The notes under the pieces are model-generated. The model ran no database searches, was not told the origin of the DNA, and worked only from the letters and a program-made list of their open reading frames with translations. Shown in pieces: positions 27,719-41,300 of a DNA stretch of 64,000 nt. Every line of letters starts with the position of its first letter. Position 1 is the first letter of the stretch. The DNA is from Macrostomum lignano (taxonomy: Eukaryota), in NCBI GenBank assembly GCA_002269645.1, contig NIVC01003704.1, positions 17,611 to 81,610 of the forward strand, in the 5' to 3' direction. The translations under genes were made by a program, and so were the position numbers.

Positions 27719-28306
27719 TCAAACAGCCGACCAGACCCTCCTGTTGGCAGTTAGCGAGTGTCGCCTCATTGACACTCGGGTCTTTCCAGGAATCAGCGCG
27801 TTCCGGCCGACGCCGGTGTAAGCTTTGAACCGGTTCTGCTCCCTGGTGACATCGATAACCGAAGCGTCTCGCAGCTGCTCTGAAAAGTTCACCGAAGTCG
27901 GCTGCCGCCCGGCCGGCTGCCTCTGTCGCTGCTGGCGCTGTTGACGAATTTCAACAGATTTCGGCCGTTTACTTTGCGCACTACTAGAATAAGTAGGCAG
28001 TTGCGAGCGCGGTCTGGACAATAAGCCGACGCCGACATTTCCGCCTTGCTGACGCTGGCGCGACACCACCGGGGGCCGGCTGGTCACTTCGCATGGTTTG
28101 CAAAACTTCGACGGTAGCAACGCTTGAGAATTCTTGCGCTGCGGCTGCTGTTGCTGCGGCTGATGCAGCTGAGAGTCTGGAGCCTCCCGAGCCCGATCGT
28201 TGTACGTCCGGCGAAGGCAAGCCCCGTCAAGGCACATTGGCTGCCGACAGTGCAGGCAGATCTTGTTGGGCGCTCGCTTCAGCGGACAGTCGCCAGAGCA
28301 GCCCAC
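27719..28306 (-). CDS. Probable last exon of the FAM217-like gene (VGCSGDCP...CLHCRQPMCLDGAC, then a basic low-complexity tail)
   Basis: AAAG acceptor at 28307, phase 0. Completes the CxxCxQxxCxGxC motif begun in exon 5. Stop at 27721-27719. Confidence 0.68.
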   Translation of the reverse strand: MGCSGDCPLKRAPNKICLHCRQPMCLDGACLRRTYNDRAREAPDSQLHQPQQQQPQRKNSQALLPSKFCKPCEVTSRPPVVSRQRQQGGNVGVGLLSRPRSQLPTYSSSAQSKRPKSVEIRQQRQQRQRQPAGRQPTSVNFSEQLRDASVIDVTREQNRFKAYTGVGRNALIPGKTRVSMRRHSLTANRRVWSAV

Positions 28307-28526
28307 CTTTGAGCACAATATTAATTATTGCATTGTAATATGGTTAGGCTAGGAAACTTTTGAATTGGCAAATGGAATTGGTCGATTTATCAATTCATTC
28401 TAGCCGGTGTGCTTAAGGTTTTAGATACCTCGATTTATTACGTAGCGGCACCCCCATTGTTTAGAGGTAAGCACTTCTAGGCAAGAAGAATGGTGGCCTT
28501 TTCTGTTCATAATCCATGGGAAACCT

Positions 28527-29170
<644 letters not shown>

Positions 29171-30045
29171 GATATCTCGCTTCGCTCGCTCTTTCTCGCT
29201 ATCTACCATCTATAGCCAGGACCTGCACCGGAGCGGTTACGAAAATTAGATTTCTCGGTAGTTGCACGTACTCTTTTGCACTACTTGAGTAGTCTGATTT
29301 TCGTTCGGCATGGCTGGTTCCAGCAGGTAGTTCCTCTGGATAAAAGCGCTTACCGCGCCCATTGGCTTTCCAGCTGCCTTAATCGTTTCCGGTGATCTTG
29401 TGTGCGTGCATTCAGCTTGATTTGCTTCGCTCGCTCTTTCTCGCTATCTATTATCTATCTATCTACCTATCTATCTACTGACTGAAACTTGTTCATAACA
29501 TTTAAAGTGCACATTGACCCCTGTGTCAGAAAATGGGAAATTTCATATATGATTGTTTCTAAAGTTGACTTTTATCTTTTAAAAGCTTCCCTAACAGAGG
29601 TCATTGAGCGTAGCTCGTCCAGTTGATCCTCGCTATCCCCTGCCATGTTCATCGGAAAACTGACTCGCACCGCTTCCAGCGTTGTGTTGACTTGAGGCAA
29701 ACAGACACCTGCAGAGCTGATTGTGTCAACTGTGTGAGTCAACTGCGTGAGAAGCCAGTGAGTATCCTTCAGTTTTTATGATCTCGCTGGATAACTAAAC
29801 TGAAAACTGAAATTCGCTTTTCTGCTCTGTTTGCTTTTTGTAGATCATTTTTCTGACAAACACTGCTTTCAGTTGGCTTCCTGCTTTCATTCCTACCGGG
29901 ATGGCAACCCCATCAAACTCGAGGATGGCAACCCCATCATACTCGAGGATGGCAACCCCACCACACCGGGAGGGCAGCCCGCCTTAGGAGGCAGCCCCAT
30001 CATAATAAAAAATCTTCCACTTGAAAAACTTCCAATTTCGCCAAC

Positions 30046-30330
30046 CTGAAGGCAGCCCCGGCAGCAGTTTTGACTTCTTAATCGGCCGCCGCCTGTAGCG
30101 GGACTCGAACCCGCGACTGACGCCGACGTTGCTCGCCTAGTCGCCAATGCCGCGCTGCCAGCTGCGCCAAAGCGGGCCGCCTCCATCCGGACGGTGTGCA
30201 GCTGCAGCCGCTCCATGGCGATCAGGCGGTCCATGAGGCCGGCCAGTCCCGGCTCGGACTCGGCCAGGGCCTCGGGGAAGACGCTGCGCCAGCCGTTTTC
30301 GCACTCGGCCAGCGAGCGAAACGAAGCGTT
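30046..30330 (-). CDS. Exon 5 of the FAM217-like gene (SFRSLAE...[19 protein letters not shown]; first Cys motif CCRGCLQ)
   Basis: CCCAG acceptor at 30331, phase 0. 285 nt open. Donor CAG|GTTGGC at 30045. DRL..(L/M)E.LQ..T...E is the motif I recall from FAM217 proteins. Confidence 0.75.
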
Positions 30331-30364
30331 CTGGGAATTGTTTTCGAGGGGAGAATAAAGATTT

Positions 30365-31420
30365 GGGGATGTGGGATGGGGATATGATGTGCGATATATT
30401 CAATATGAGATGGATAATGTGGGAAGTTGGTTGTGGGATGGGGATATGGGATGGGGGATGAGGATGAGGGAAGGGGGTGAGAGATGAAGGATGGAAGGTG
30501 AAGGATTGGGGATGAAGGATGGGGGATGAAGGATTGGGGATGAAGGATGGGATGAAGGATGGGGGATGAAGGATTGGGGATGAAGGATGGGGGATGAAGG
30601 ATGGGGGATGAAGGATGGAAGGTGAAGGATTGGGGATGAAGGATGGGGGATGAAGGATGGGGGATGAAGGATGGGGGATGAAGGATGGAAGGTGAAGGAT
30701 TGGGGATGAAGGATGGGGATGAAGGATGGGAGATGAAGGATTGGGGATGAAGGATGGGGGATGAAGGATGGGAGATGAAGGATTGGGGATGAAGGATGGG
30801 GGATGAAGGATGGGGACGAAGGATGGGGGATGAAGGATGGGGGATGAAGGATGGGAGATGAGGGATGGGGGATGAGGGATGAGGGATGAAGGATGGGGGA
30901 TGAAGGATGGGAGATGAAGGAGGGGGATGAAGGATGGAAGGTGAAGGATTGGGGATGAAGGATGGGGATGAAGAGATGGGGGATGAAGGATGGGGGATGA
31001 AGGATGGAAGGTGAAGGATTGGGGATGAAGGATGGGGGATGAAGGATGGGGGATGAAGGATGGAAGGTGAAGGATTGGGGATGAAGGATGGGGATGAAGA
31101 GATGGGGGATGAAGGATGGGAGGTGAAGGATTGGGGATGAAGGATGGGGGATGAAGGATGGAAGATGAAGGATGGGGGATGAAGGATGGGGGATGAAGGA
31201 TGGGAGATGAAGGATGGGGGATGAGGATGGGGGATGAAGGATGCGGGATGAAGGATGGGGGATGAAGGATGGAAGATGAAGGATTGGGGATGAAGGATAG
31301 GGATGAAGGATGGGAGATGAAGGATGGGGGATGAGGGATGGGGGATGTAAGATATGGGATGAAGGATGGGGGATGAGGGATGAAGAATGGTGGATGAGTT
31401 ATGAGGGATGGGGGATTTAG
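30365..31420. repeat. G-rich minisatellite (ggatgaaggatggg variants)
   Basis: Visible directly. Confidence 0.95.
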
Positions 31421-31623
31421 GATGTTAAATATCAAATGCTCACTCAGGGATGTGAGATGCGTGATTCGGGATGCCGGATATCGGATGTGGGAAGCTGTAT
31501 GAGAGGAATGTTGGATGTTGGATTTAAGAGTGTTAAATTTGAGATGCTGGATTATGAGGGACGGGGTGGTGGTGGGGGATGAGGTATGTGGAATGGGGGT
31601 TGTGACCTTCAGACACGGCTCAC

Positions 31624-32158
31624 CGAAAACGGATCGGGCAACGCCGTCCCGAACTCGAATCTCGGCAAATCCAGAACCAGTTTCGCGGAGAATTCAAATT
31701 TATCCGGCTCCAAGCAGCTGCTGGCCAGCAGGAACTGCGGCTCCCGCTCCGGCGGCAGGTTCAAATCCGGCGCCCGAAATCGGCGACGTCGCTGCCGGTG
31801 GGCATCGGCACGGGAATCGGCAGCGGCGGCGGTAGCGGCGGCGGCGGCGGCGGTGGTGCGTTTTGGCGACGATTTCTCCTCATTGTCGACGTCATTGTCG
31901 TCCGCGGCGTCGCTGTCATCGCCGTCGCTGCTGCTGACGCCGTTGGCCGTCGTCGCCGCCGCTTTGTCGCCGTCGTCATTGCCGCCGCTCTGCCAGTCGT
32001 AGAACCGCGGCGTGAAGGCGGGCGCGCAGTCTTCCAAGCGCAGCGGCCTTGGTGGCGGAGGATCTTCCGGATCTTTTGCCGCTGCTGCCGCCGCCTCCTC
32101 CGCGGCCGCCTTCGACGCTGCTCGACTTTTGAGCGCCTCGGCCGGAACCGACTTGGGT
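31624..32158 (-). CDS. Exon 4 of the FAM217-like gene (first half of the FAM217-like domain: APDLNLPPE...FEFGTALPDPFS)
   Basis: CAG acceptor at 32160-32159, phase 2. Open frame continuous with track ORF 31609-32037. Donor TCG|GTGAGC at 31623, phase 0. Confidence 0.75.
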
Positions 32159-32378
32159 CTGCGACGACTTTTTTGGGCGCAAGATAAAAATTATAAGATT
32201 GTAATGTACTATATTATTGACATAAATTTGCCCCACTATGCCTGCATCCTCATGCAGGGTGTACAGTGGCCCTGGCTTTCTTCAGGAGTTACACAGAGTT
32301 GGCCCTCATGGGCGCGAACTCGAACTCCGGCTACTCTGGCTCGGGAGTCAAAGGCGTTAACCGCCGGGCGACACTCAC

Positions 32379-33018
32379 GATGGCGCCGGGAATCTCGCGG
32401 CTGAACCGGCGGCTGACACCGGCCGCGAGTTGCCACCGTCGCCGCCGCCCCTGCCGAGCCGGCAGCTGCGCCTGTCGATGTCTTCGGGATCGCGCGCCGC
32501 CTCGAGCGCTTCAACGTCCAGAGGACGCCATTGGCGGCGCCGGAAGGCGCGCAGGCTGACGCGCAACGACTCCCGATAGGCTGTTACCGGGTCGCCGCTC
32601 AACCGGACGTCCGGCACCCTCGCTGAGCCGTACAGGCCGACTGGCCGGCTGACAGACGATGACGACGGCGGCCTCGGTGGCCGGCGCTGCAGTCGGCGCG
32701 GCGTGGCCTCGGTCTCCGCTTCGTCGCCCCGGTCGTCGTCCTCATCGTCAGGTGCCGCTTCGGCCAGCAGGTCGCGCTCCTGCAGCACGGAGGACCTGCA
32801 TTGAAGGCAGCGGCTCAGTCTGTACAGCAGCAGCTCCTCCACTCTGGCGGCCGCCACTGAGGCCTCCGGGCGGCGGCGGCGCTGCCTCATTTTCGGCGGA
32901 GGAGGCGGCCGAGCCGTCGAAATTGTCGTTGTTTTCGACGACGCGGTTTCCGCTGGCGCCGCCGGGGCGGGCACGGGGATGCGACAGAAGATGGAGCCCA
33001 GCATCCCGAGATCTCGAG
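32379..33018 (-). CDS. Exon 3 of the FAM217-like gene (5' boundary uncertain)
   Basis: ORF 32375-33004 (VEELLLYRLSRCLQCR..., acidic and Pro-rich). Consensus donor TC|GTGAGT at 32378, phase 2, joins exon 4 in frame. The acceptor at 33019 is tentative. Confidence 0.65.
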
Positions 33019-34164
33019 CTAAGCCCTTCTTGCGCCTCCCAACGGCTCCCAGTGTGGCTTGGTTTGCTTATTAGCACACAGAGCCCGGCGGGTTTTGGAC
33101 TGCCATTGGCTCCCATTGTGAACTGGCGTCATTTACCTTTCCCATGGGAGGTGGGCAGCTATAGAATTCCTCCTCTATTCTACTCTGCGTATGCAGACTG
33201 AGGCTCAGGCCGCTATGTCAGAGGCCCTCATTTCCTGAAGCGCCGATGCGACTCTCACTCAGTTTTTAATGCCGTCTATTTTAGCATAATTACCGCCAGG
33301 TGCCTTGGGATGCACCCGACCCGCTCAGGCGTTGATGACACAGGAGGAGGCAAACAAAGTTTCAACAGAAGCTTGGGGCGCCGGTCATTGTGTGGTTATT
33401 AAAATTCAAGGGTTCTTATTAGTTAAAGTACTAATTAGATGACGATGCATTTAAGTCTTAAAATAAACGTATAGTTACTCTTGCCGTTTACCCACTTGAA
33501 AAATTACAACTTAAACTTGAACTTAGAATTCAATTCGCTACAGTAAATTTGTTTACCCTTTTAACTAGTTTAGTGCTTTCTTTTGGTGGATCAGATTATT
33601 GGCATGTAGCTCAATCCGCCATCGTCAAGGCGTTGCTATGGAGCTTGGGCTTGGCCTAAGAAGCTGCCCCCTGCTCTTCCATGCCATCCAAGGTCTCTCA
33701 ACTTCTGTCTCGTCTCCAAAAAGATCCCCAGCCTCTGTCTCCAGTGGCGCAGTCAGAAATCCCAAACTGCTTGCATTGTGAAGCAGTGTGGCGGAAGTTC
33801 AGAGAGGAGGGAAGCGCACTCCCGCATGGCCTCTCAAAGCCCTTCTTGTGCTGTCTGCCCTTCTTTCGCTCTCGACACTGAAGCGCTCATCGACCCGGGC
33901 AGGACTGATCGCGGGGCTGGGTCACAGGGACTTCTAGAAATAGCACCCGGTGGACTGGAAGCCGGAATAAGGCACGGCCTCAACTTTGGTAGCGCCTTAG
34001 CGAAATCAAATTACTTGAAAACGGTAAAAAGGGATCAAAACAAGCACCTTGAAGGTTTTAGTTTTGGGTCCTTAGTCTTCCTTAAATTTGAATAGACTTC
34101 GAAATAGGTCTTTGATTGTTCCGATTTGTTTTACCGTTTTAACGTTATTTAGGAGTTTCTTAAG

Positions 34165-34590
34165 ATGCTTAGCGTAAATTGGATGTAACGCTTAGTGTAA
34201 ATAGGATGTAACGCTTAGTGTAAATAGGATGTAATGCTTAGTGTAAATAGGATGTAACGCTTAGTGTAAATAGGATGTAATGCTTAGCGTAAATAGGATG
34301 TAATGCTTAGTGTAAATAGGATGTAATGCTTAGCGTAAATAGGATGTAACGCTTAGTGTAAATAGGATGTAATGCTTAGCGTAAATAGGATGTAACGCTT
34401 AGTGTAAATAGGATGTAATGCTTAGTGTAAATAGGATGTAACGCTTAGTGTAAATAGGATGTAATGCTTAGTGTAAATAGGATGTAATGCTTAGTGTAAA
34501 TTGGATGTAACGCTTAGTGTAAATTGGATGTAACGCTTAGTGTAAATTGGATGTAACGCTTAGTGTAAATTGGATGTAACGCTTGTGTAA
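34165..34590. repeat. 23-bp minisatellite (aatgcttagtgtaaataggatgt)
   Basis: Visible directly. Confidence 0.96.
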
Positions 34591-35184
34591 ATAGTGTTGC
34601 ATCCCAGGCAAAAAATTCAAAATACAATATGAGCTGTCTATTGGCCTCCAAATGGGGAGGTTGTTTTATTCAAGTTTCCAGTCCACATGTGCTATGTCTA
34701 GAAGTCCATGGCTGGGCACAGACCCAGACTATCTCTATAGTAGCTAGGTAGCTATTGATTCAGTTTTACACTTCACTTTTGGCCACTTCAACAGAATTGC
34801 CTCCTGCCAACCCAAAGCTGCAAAATATTTAAATATGTATTTAAATGCATCTGCAACTGAGGCTTCTAAGAGTTTGCCGAGTTTGGAGTCAACAATCGAT
34901 TCAAACTGAGGAACGTATTGATTGGTACTTTGCTTAATGCAACTTTTGAGTATACTGCTCTAAAGTTTTGAAAAGTTATTACAGCATAGGTCCTCTTTTG
35001 ACGTTTTGATTTGATCGATTGTTACTTGAACTTTTAGGCGTATTAAATAAATATTTTTAGAAAACTTTTGATCTGGAGTAATTAAAACGTATTAAAACTA
35101 TTTAACTACTCAATCAGTAGTATGCAGCAAATAGCAAATAGTAAAGAGCTAGTAAATCCCAGCTCATGGGAGTAATAGCTATTA

Positions 35185-35910
35185 AATTCCAGCTCATAGC
35201 TACTCAAAGCTAGCTCATAGCTACTCAAAGCCAGCTCATAGCTACTCAAAGCCAGCTCATAGCTACTAAATGCCAGCTCATAACTACTAAATGCCAGCTC
35301 ATAGCTACTCAAAGCCAGCTCATAGCTACTCAAAGCCAGCTCATAGCTACTAAATGCCAGCTCATAACTACTAAATGCCAGCTCATAGCTACTCAAAGCT
35401 AGCTCATAGCTACTCAAAGCCAGCTCATAGCTACTCAAAGCCAGCTCATAGCTACTCAAAGCCAGCTCATAGCTACTCAAAGCCAGCTCATAGCTACTCA
35501 AAGCCAGCTCATTACTACTAAATGCCAGCTCATAGCTACTAAATGCCAGCTCATAGCTACTCAAAGCCAGCTCATAGCTACTCAAAGCCAGCTCATAGCT
35601 ACTCAAAGCCAGCTCATAGCTACTAAATGCCAGCTCATTACTACTAAATGCCAGCTCATAGCTACTAAATGCCAGCTCATAGCTACTCAAAGCCAGCTCA
35701 TAGCTACTAAAATGCCAGCTCAGAGCTACTAAATGCCAGCTCATAGCTACTAAATGCCAGCTCATAGCTACTAAATGCCAGCTCAGAGCTACTAAATGCC
35801 AGCTCATAGCTACTAAATGCCAGCTCATAGCTACTAAATGCCAGCTAAGAGCTACTAAATGCCAGCTCATAGCTACTAAATGCGAGCTCAGAGCTACTAA
35901 ATCCCAGCCC
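35185..35910. repeat. 21-bp minisatellite (gccagctcatagctactcaaa)
   Basis: Visible directly. Confidence 0.96.
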
Positions 35911-35944
35911 ATAGCTTCAGGAACAAATCACCAAGAACCCTCAC

Positions 35945-36136
35945 CACTCAGCGGCTGCAGGATACTCAGCAGCCTCAAACTCAGTCACAGGTAGCGCCGC
36001 GGACACCATAGCAACGGCATAGCAACCGCCGGCGCTCGAAATGGCCGGACTGTCGCCAAGCAGCAGATGGCGAGTCAGGCTGGCCGCCAACTCCGCGCTG
36101 GAAAATTCCGGCTTGTAGAAGTCCATGCTGGGCCGC
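35945..36136 (-). CDS. Probable exon 2 of the minus-strand gene (RPSMDFYKPEFSSAELAASLTRHLLLG...)
   Basis: TAG acceptor at 36138-36137, phase 2 matches exon 1. 192 nt open. Donor TG|GTGAGG at 35944. GC-rich island in AT-rich/repetitive sequence. Confidence 0.65.
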
Positions 36137-36480
36137 CTATGATGCTTCACAAAAGCAGACACAGGCAGCGCATCTCAGGCCTACTTTTGAAATCTTCATA
36201 GAAAACGCTACTTATATTAATAGCAAAAGGTGCATGACATTATGAGCACAGCTAAGTGCTGGGTTTTTGTGTATATAAAGAGGGTAAGAACAGACAGTCC
36301 ACTGCCAGTACAGCTCAATGCAGCTGGGTGACAGAAAACAGTACTTGCACATTTTGGAGCCCTGCTCTGCGTTTTGCTCTGCTGTCCATTGTAACCTCGA
36401 TTTCACCCCACTCTGAGCTGCCATGAGTAAAGAAGAGCTGCCTGAGATAGGGGTATGAAGAGATAGAATGATGCTGTGAA

Positions 36481-36862
<382 letters not shown>

Positions 36863-37289
36863 GATAAATAATTGAATAGCTAGATAAATTATACTCTTAG
36901 ACTAATGTTTCATTGGAAGTGAAAAGTGTAAAGTACGCAAAAATATTGTATTTCCAGAAGCATGTAGCAGTAAAAAGCAGGCATCGCTACTTACAAGTAG
37001 AAAAGCAAAGATACGCGTTCAAAAGTTAGCCGTATTTGAACTTATATTTTAGACGGCAAACGGATAATAAAATCTGTACATTATGGAAGCAAGAGGTAAA
37101 TAAAAAAATATCATGTGCTTCTACTGGTCAGGTAATCTACTGTAAAATGATAGATTTTTTGTTCCAGAATATTGCTGGTTATATGATTCGTATAGGCTTG
37201 GATCTCATTTGTATCATTTGTGTCAGCTTATGTCAAATTTAAGTGTAATTTGTGTTAGATTGTGTCATGAGTTGTGTCAGTTATGACAG

Positions 37290-38205
37290 GGGGAATCGTG
37301 AAATTTGTGTCATATTGTGCCCTTTGTGTCAGTAATTGGGACAATTGTGTCAGTCTGTGTCAGATTGTGTCAGCTTGTTTCAATTTGTGTCAGTTAGTAT
37401 CAGATTGTGTCAGTTTGTATCAGATTGTGTCAGATTTTGTCAGATTTTGTCAAATTATGTCAGTTGAATTGTGTCAGTTTGTATCAGCTTAAGTCAGCTT
37501 GTTTCAGCTTGTGAATTTTGTCATCTAGTATCAGATGCATCATTTGTGTCCGTTTTTTCCGATTGTCAGATTTTGTCAGCTTATGTCTTCAGTGTCATTT
37601 GTGTCAGATTGTTTAACTTCTGTGAGATTGTGTATCAGCTTGTTTAACTTGTGTCAGCTTGTGTCAGTTTGTGTCAGTTTGTGTCAGCTTGTGTCAGTTT
37701 GTGTCAGCTTGTGTCAGTTTTTGTCAGCTTGTGTCAGCTTGTTTCAGTTTGTGTCAGCTTGTGTCAGATTGTGTCAGCTTGTGTCAGCTTGTGTCAGCTT
37801 GTGTCAGTTTGTGTCAGCTTGTGTCAGATTGTGTCAGATTGTGTCAGCTTGTATCAGCTTAAGTCAGCTTGTGTCAGCTTGTTTCAGTTTGTGTCAGTTT
37901 GTGTCAGATTGTGTCAGATTGTGTCAGATTATGTCAGCTTGTATCAGCTTAAGTCAGCTTGTGTCAGATTATGTCAGCTTGTATCAGCTTAAGTCAGCTT
38001 GTGTCAGCTTGTTTCAGTTTGCGTCAGCTTGTGTCAGCTTGTGTCAGTTTGTGTCAGCTTGTGTCAGCTTGTTTCAGTTTGTGTCAGCTTGTGTCAATTT
38101 GTGTCAGCTTGTGTCAGCTTGTGTCAGCTTGTGTCAATTTGTGTCAGCTTGTGTCAGCTTGTGTCAATTTGTGTCAGCTTGTGTCAGCTTGTGACAGCTT
38201 GTGTC
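37290..38205. repeat. 10-bp minisatellite (tgtgtcagct), degenerating leftwards
   Basis: Visible directly. Confidence 0.95.
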
Positions 38206-38387
38206 AGGGCCAGTCACAGTATCGCGCAAGCCCTCGAACTGCCAGTCTTTGAAGCCTCCTCGCGCCCGTTGCTCTTGCGCGGGCTGCCACTGTGGTACCT
38301 GAGAAGAGAAAATTGTCCAATTATTCTTTGCTCAGGTGCTAAAAATTTCACAAGCTAAAAATCAGCACAGTGGTGCTCAATAATCAC

Positions 38388-39145
38388 CTATCAGCTTCCC
38401 GATCTTCATCCGAATCGTCGGCCACCGCCTCGAACCGGCCCCGCTCCTTGGGTGCGCTCTGGCGCGGCCGTCTTGGAGTTGGCGCTGGTCGGAGATCGCG
38501 GCCTCCGCCGACGCCGCCGAACTCCTTGTAGAACACGGCCTCATTCTCGTCCTGGACAATGATTTCCGGAGGCGAAGTTGGCGGCTGACGCTGAACAGGT
38601 GGCTCTACAGAAGAAGCCGGGTCGTCGTCAATCACGAAGGTGGATTGCTGCGCCTGGCCTGGCTGATAGGCGACCGCGGCCGCGGCCACCTCCTCCGCGC
38701 TGATAGCGTCTCGAGTCTGTCGCCGATTGAGCCGCGGCGCCAGCTGGCTCGGCCCGGCTTCAATCGGCTGTCCTTCGTCCAGGCTGAACCGGACAGACTT
38801 CGGGCCGCCAGGCTGTTTGAGAATCGACACCGGCTGCTGCCGGGGCACCAGCTCCCCTGTTGGAGTCACCACGTAGCTGCCCAGCTGCTGCTGAGCCTGC
38901 TGCCGCTGCTGCTGCTGTTGCTGCTTCCTCGGCGTCCCGGCGGGCGATGAAGCTGCCGACCCGCTGGCTCTCTGGCGCCACCGGCTGATCACGGGATCGT
39001 TGTAGAAATGGTACTTGTCCAGCGAGCTGGCCGCAGGGCCGCTGACTGATGCGGCGCCGTCTGGAGCCTGGACTAGGACCACCTGCGGCTGCTGCTGCTG
39101 CTGTAGCTGTGCTGCATAGTAGTGCTGAGGAATCTGGTAATCCAT
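38388..39145 (-). CDS. Uncharacterised Gln/Pro-rich protein, probable exon 1 of the FAM217-like gene; carries SILK and KSVRF motifs
   Basis: 253-aa ORF from ATG 39145 with coding-like poly-Q/A composition. Donor AG|GTGATT at 38387, phase 2. Confidence 0.7.
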
Positions 39146-39734
39146 TCTGCTCGCCTCACCGGCTTGTTCTCACTGCACCTGTCTGCCTGAGCATTTCTAT
39201 ATAGGCTCGTGTGCGTGTGCGCGTCTGTGTGCTGCTGCTTTTCCTGATTCTATCAAGCCGACTCTTCTAAACTAACAGACATGTTGTTTGACGTCTGTTA
39301 AACTTCTCCCCCGCTCCCTCTCCATTGTGTGCACAAATCTTAACTTTCTCTCTGTCTACCGCATTAAGCTAGCGGCTCTGTTGAGAAGCAGACTATTTTT
39401 TTAGATGAAGAAATTGGCTCTCTTAGCCGTGTAGTTTTTTGAGTTGCTCGTCTCAAAAATCTCGCTTCTTTCTCATTGCTTCAAGTTAGTGGCTATTACT
39501 ATTTGATGATGAGCGTGAGCCTGCGAACATGTCAGTCATTAATATAGTTATGGCGAGAGTTAGCTGGGTGCTCCATGTCCTCCATAGTTTTAATCTGTAT
39601 GAACAAAAGATTAAATTCCATTGAAACTTCGATTTTTTAAGAGCGTAAATTCAAAGTTTAGGGATACAGACAGGCTTTCTGTTAATTTTAATGTTTAATG
39701 TGTCCAAAGTTGAGTTGAAAATTTGGATTCCTAT

Positions 39735-41300
39735 CCGTTGGAAGTTTATCTAGCTATCCATTGGAAGTTTATCTAGCTATCCATTGGAAGTTTATCTAGC
39801 TATCCATTGGAAGTTTATCTAGCTATCCATTGGAAGTTTATCTAGCTATCCATTGGAAGTTTATCTAGCTATCCATTGGAAGTTTATCTAGCTATCCATT
39901 GGAAGTTTATCTAGCTATCCATTGGAAGTTTATCTAGCTATCCATTGGAAGTTTGTGTAGCTATCCATTGGAAGTTTATCTAGCTATCCATTGGAAGTTT
40001 GTGTAGCCATCCAATGGAAGTTTGTGTAGCTATCCATTGGAAGTTTATCTAGCTATCCATTGGAAGTTTGTGTAGCCATCCAATGGAAGTTTGTGTAGCT
40101 ATCCGTTGGAAGTTTGTGTAGCTATCCATTGAAAGTTTATCTAGCTATCCATTGGAAGTTTATCTAGCTATCCATTGGAAGTTTGTGTAGCCATCCATTG
40201 GAAGTTTGTGTAGCTATCCGTTGGAAGTTTGTGTAGCTATCCATTGAAAGTTTATCTAGCTATCCATTGGAAGTTTATTTAGCTATCCATTGGAAGTTTA
40301 TGTAGCTATCCATTGGAAGTTTGTGTAGCTATCCATTGGAAGTTTATCTAGCTATCCATTGGAAGTTTATCTAGCTATCCATTGGAAGTTTATCTAGCTA
40401 TCCATTGGAAGTTTGTGTAGCTATCCGTTGGAAGTTTGTGTAGCTATCAATTGGAAGTTTGTGTAGCTATCCGTTGGAAGTTTGTGTAGCTATCAATTGG
40501 AAGTTTGTGTAGCTATCCATTGGAAGTTTGTGTAGCTATCAATTGGAAGTTTGTGTAGCTATCCATTGGAAGTTTGAGTAGCTATCCAATGGAAGTTTGT
40601 GTAGCTATCCATTGGAAGTTTGTGTAGCTATCAATTGGAAGTTTGTGTAGCTATCCATTGGAAGTTTGTGTAGCTATCCATTGGAAGTTTGTGTAGCTAT
40701 CAATTGGAAGTTTGTGTAGCTATCCATTGGAAGTTTGAGTAGCTATCCAATGGAAGTTTGTGTAGCTATCCATTGGAAGTTTGTGTAGCTATCAATTGGA
40801 AGTTTGTGTAGCTATCCATTGGAAGTTTGAGTAGCTATCCAATGGAAGTTTGTGTAGCTATCCATTGGAAGTTTGTGTAGCTATCAATTGGAAGTTTGTG
40901 TAGCTATCCATTGGAAGTTTGTGTAGCTATCAATTGGAAGTTTGTGTAGCTATCAATTGGAAGTTTGAGTAGCTATCCAATGGAAGTTTGTGTAATCCAT
41001 TGGAAGTTTGTGTAGCTATCAATTGGAAGTTTGTGTAGCTATCAATTGGAAGTTTGAGTAGCTATCCAATGGAAGTTTGTGTAGCTATCCATTGGAAGTT
41101 TGTGTAGCTATCAATTGGAAGTTTGTGTAGCTATCAATTGGAAGTTTGTGTAGCTATCAATTGGAAGTTTGAGTAGCTATCCAATGGAAGTTTGTGTAAT
41201 CCATTGGAAGTTTGTGTAGCTATCCACAGAGAGTTTATCTAGCTATCCCCTGAGAGTTTATCTAGCTATCCCCTGAGAGTTTATCTAGCTATCCACTGGA
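39735..41300. repeat. 23-bp minisatellite (ctatccattggaagttt[atc/gtg]tag)
   Basis: Visible directly; variant blocks change along the array. Confidence 0.97.

Noticed and set aside
29221-29710. Possible extra exons between exons 5 and 6 of the minus-strand gene
   Set aside because: Direct exon 5-6 joining already restores the Cys motif in phase, and the candidate frames have stops or poor splice sites.
30094-30116. tRNA T-arm/B-box-like sequence (gcgggttcgagtcccgc on the minus strand)
   Set aside because: Lies within coding exon 5 in frame (AGSSPA). No D-arm, anticodon arm or acceptor stem found.
31586-33201. Plus-strand ORFs overlapping the GC-rich exons (and minus-strand ORFs over 10957-12357)
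   Set aside because: Antisense shadows of GC-rich coding sequence with no recognisable motifs.
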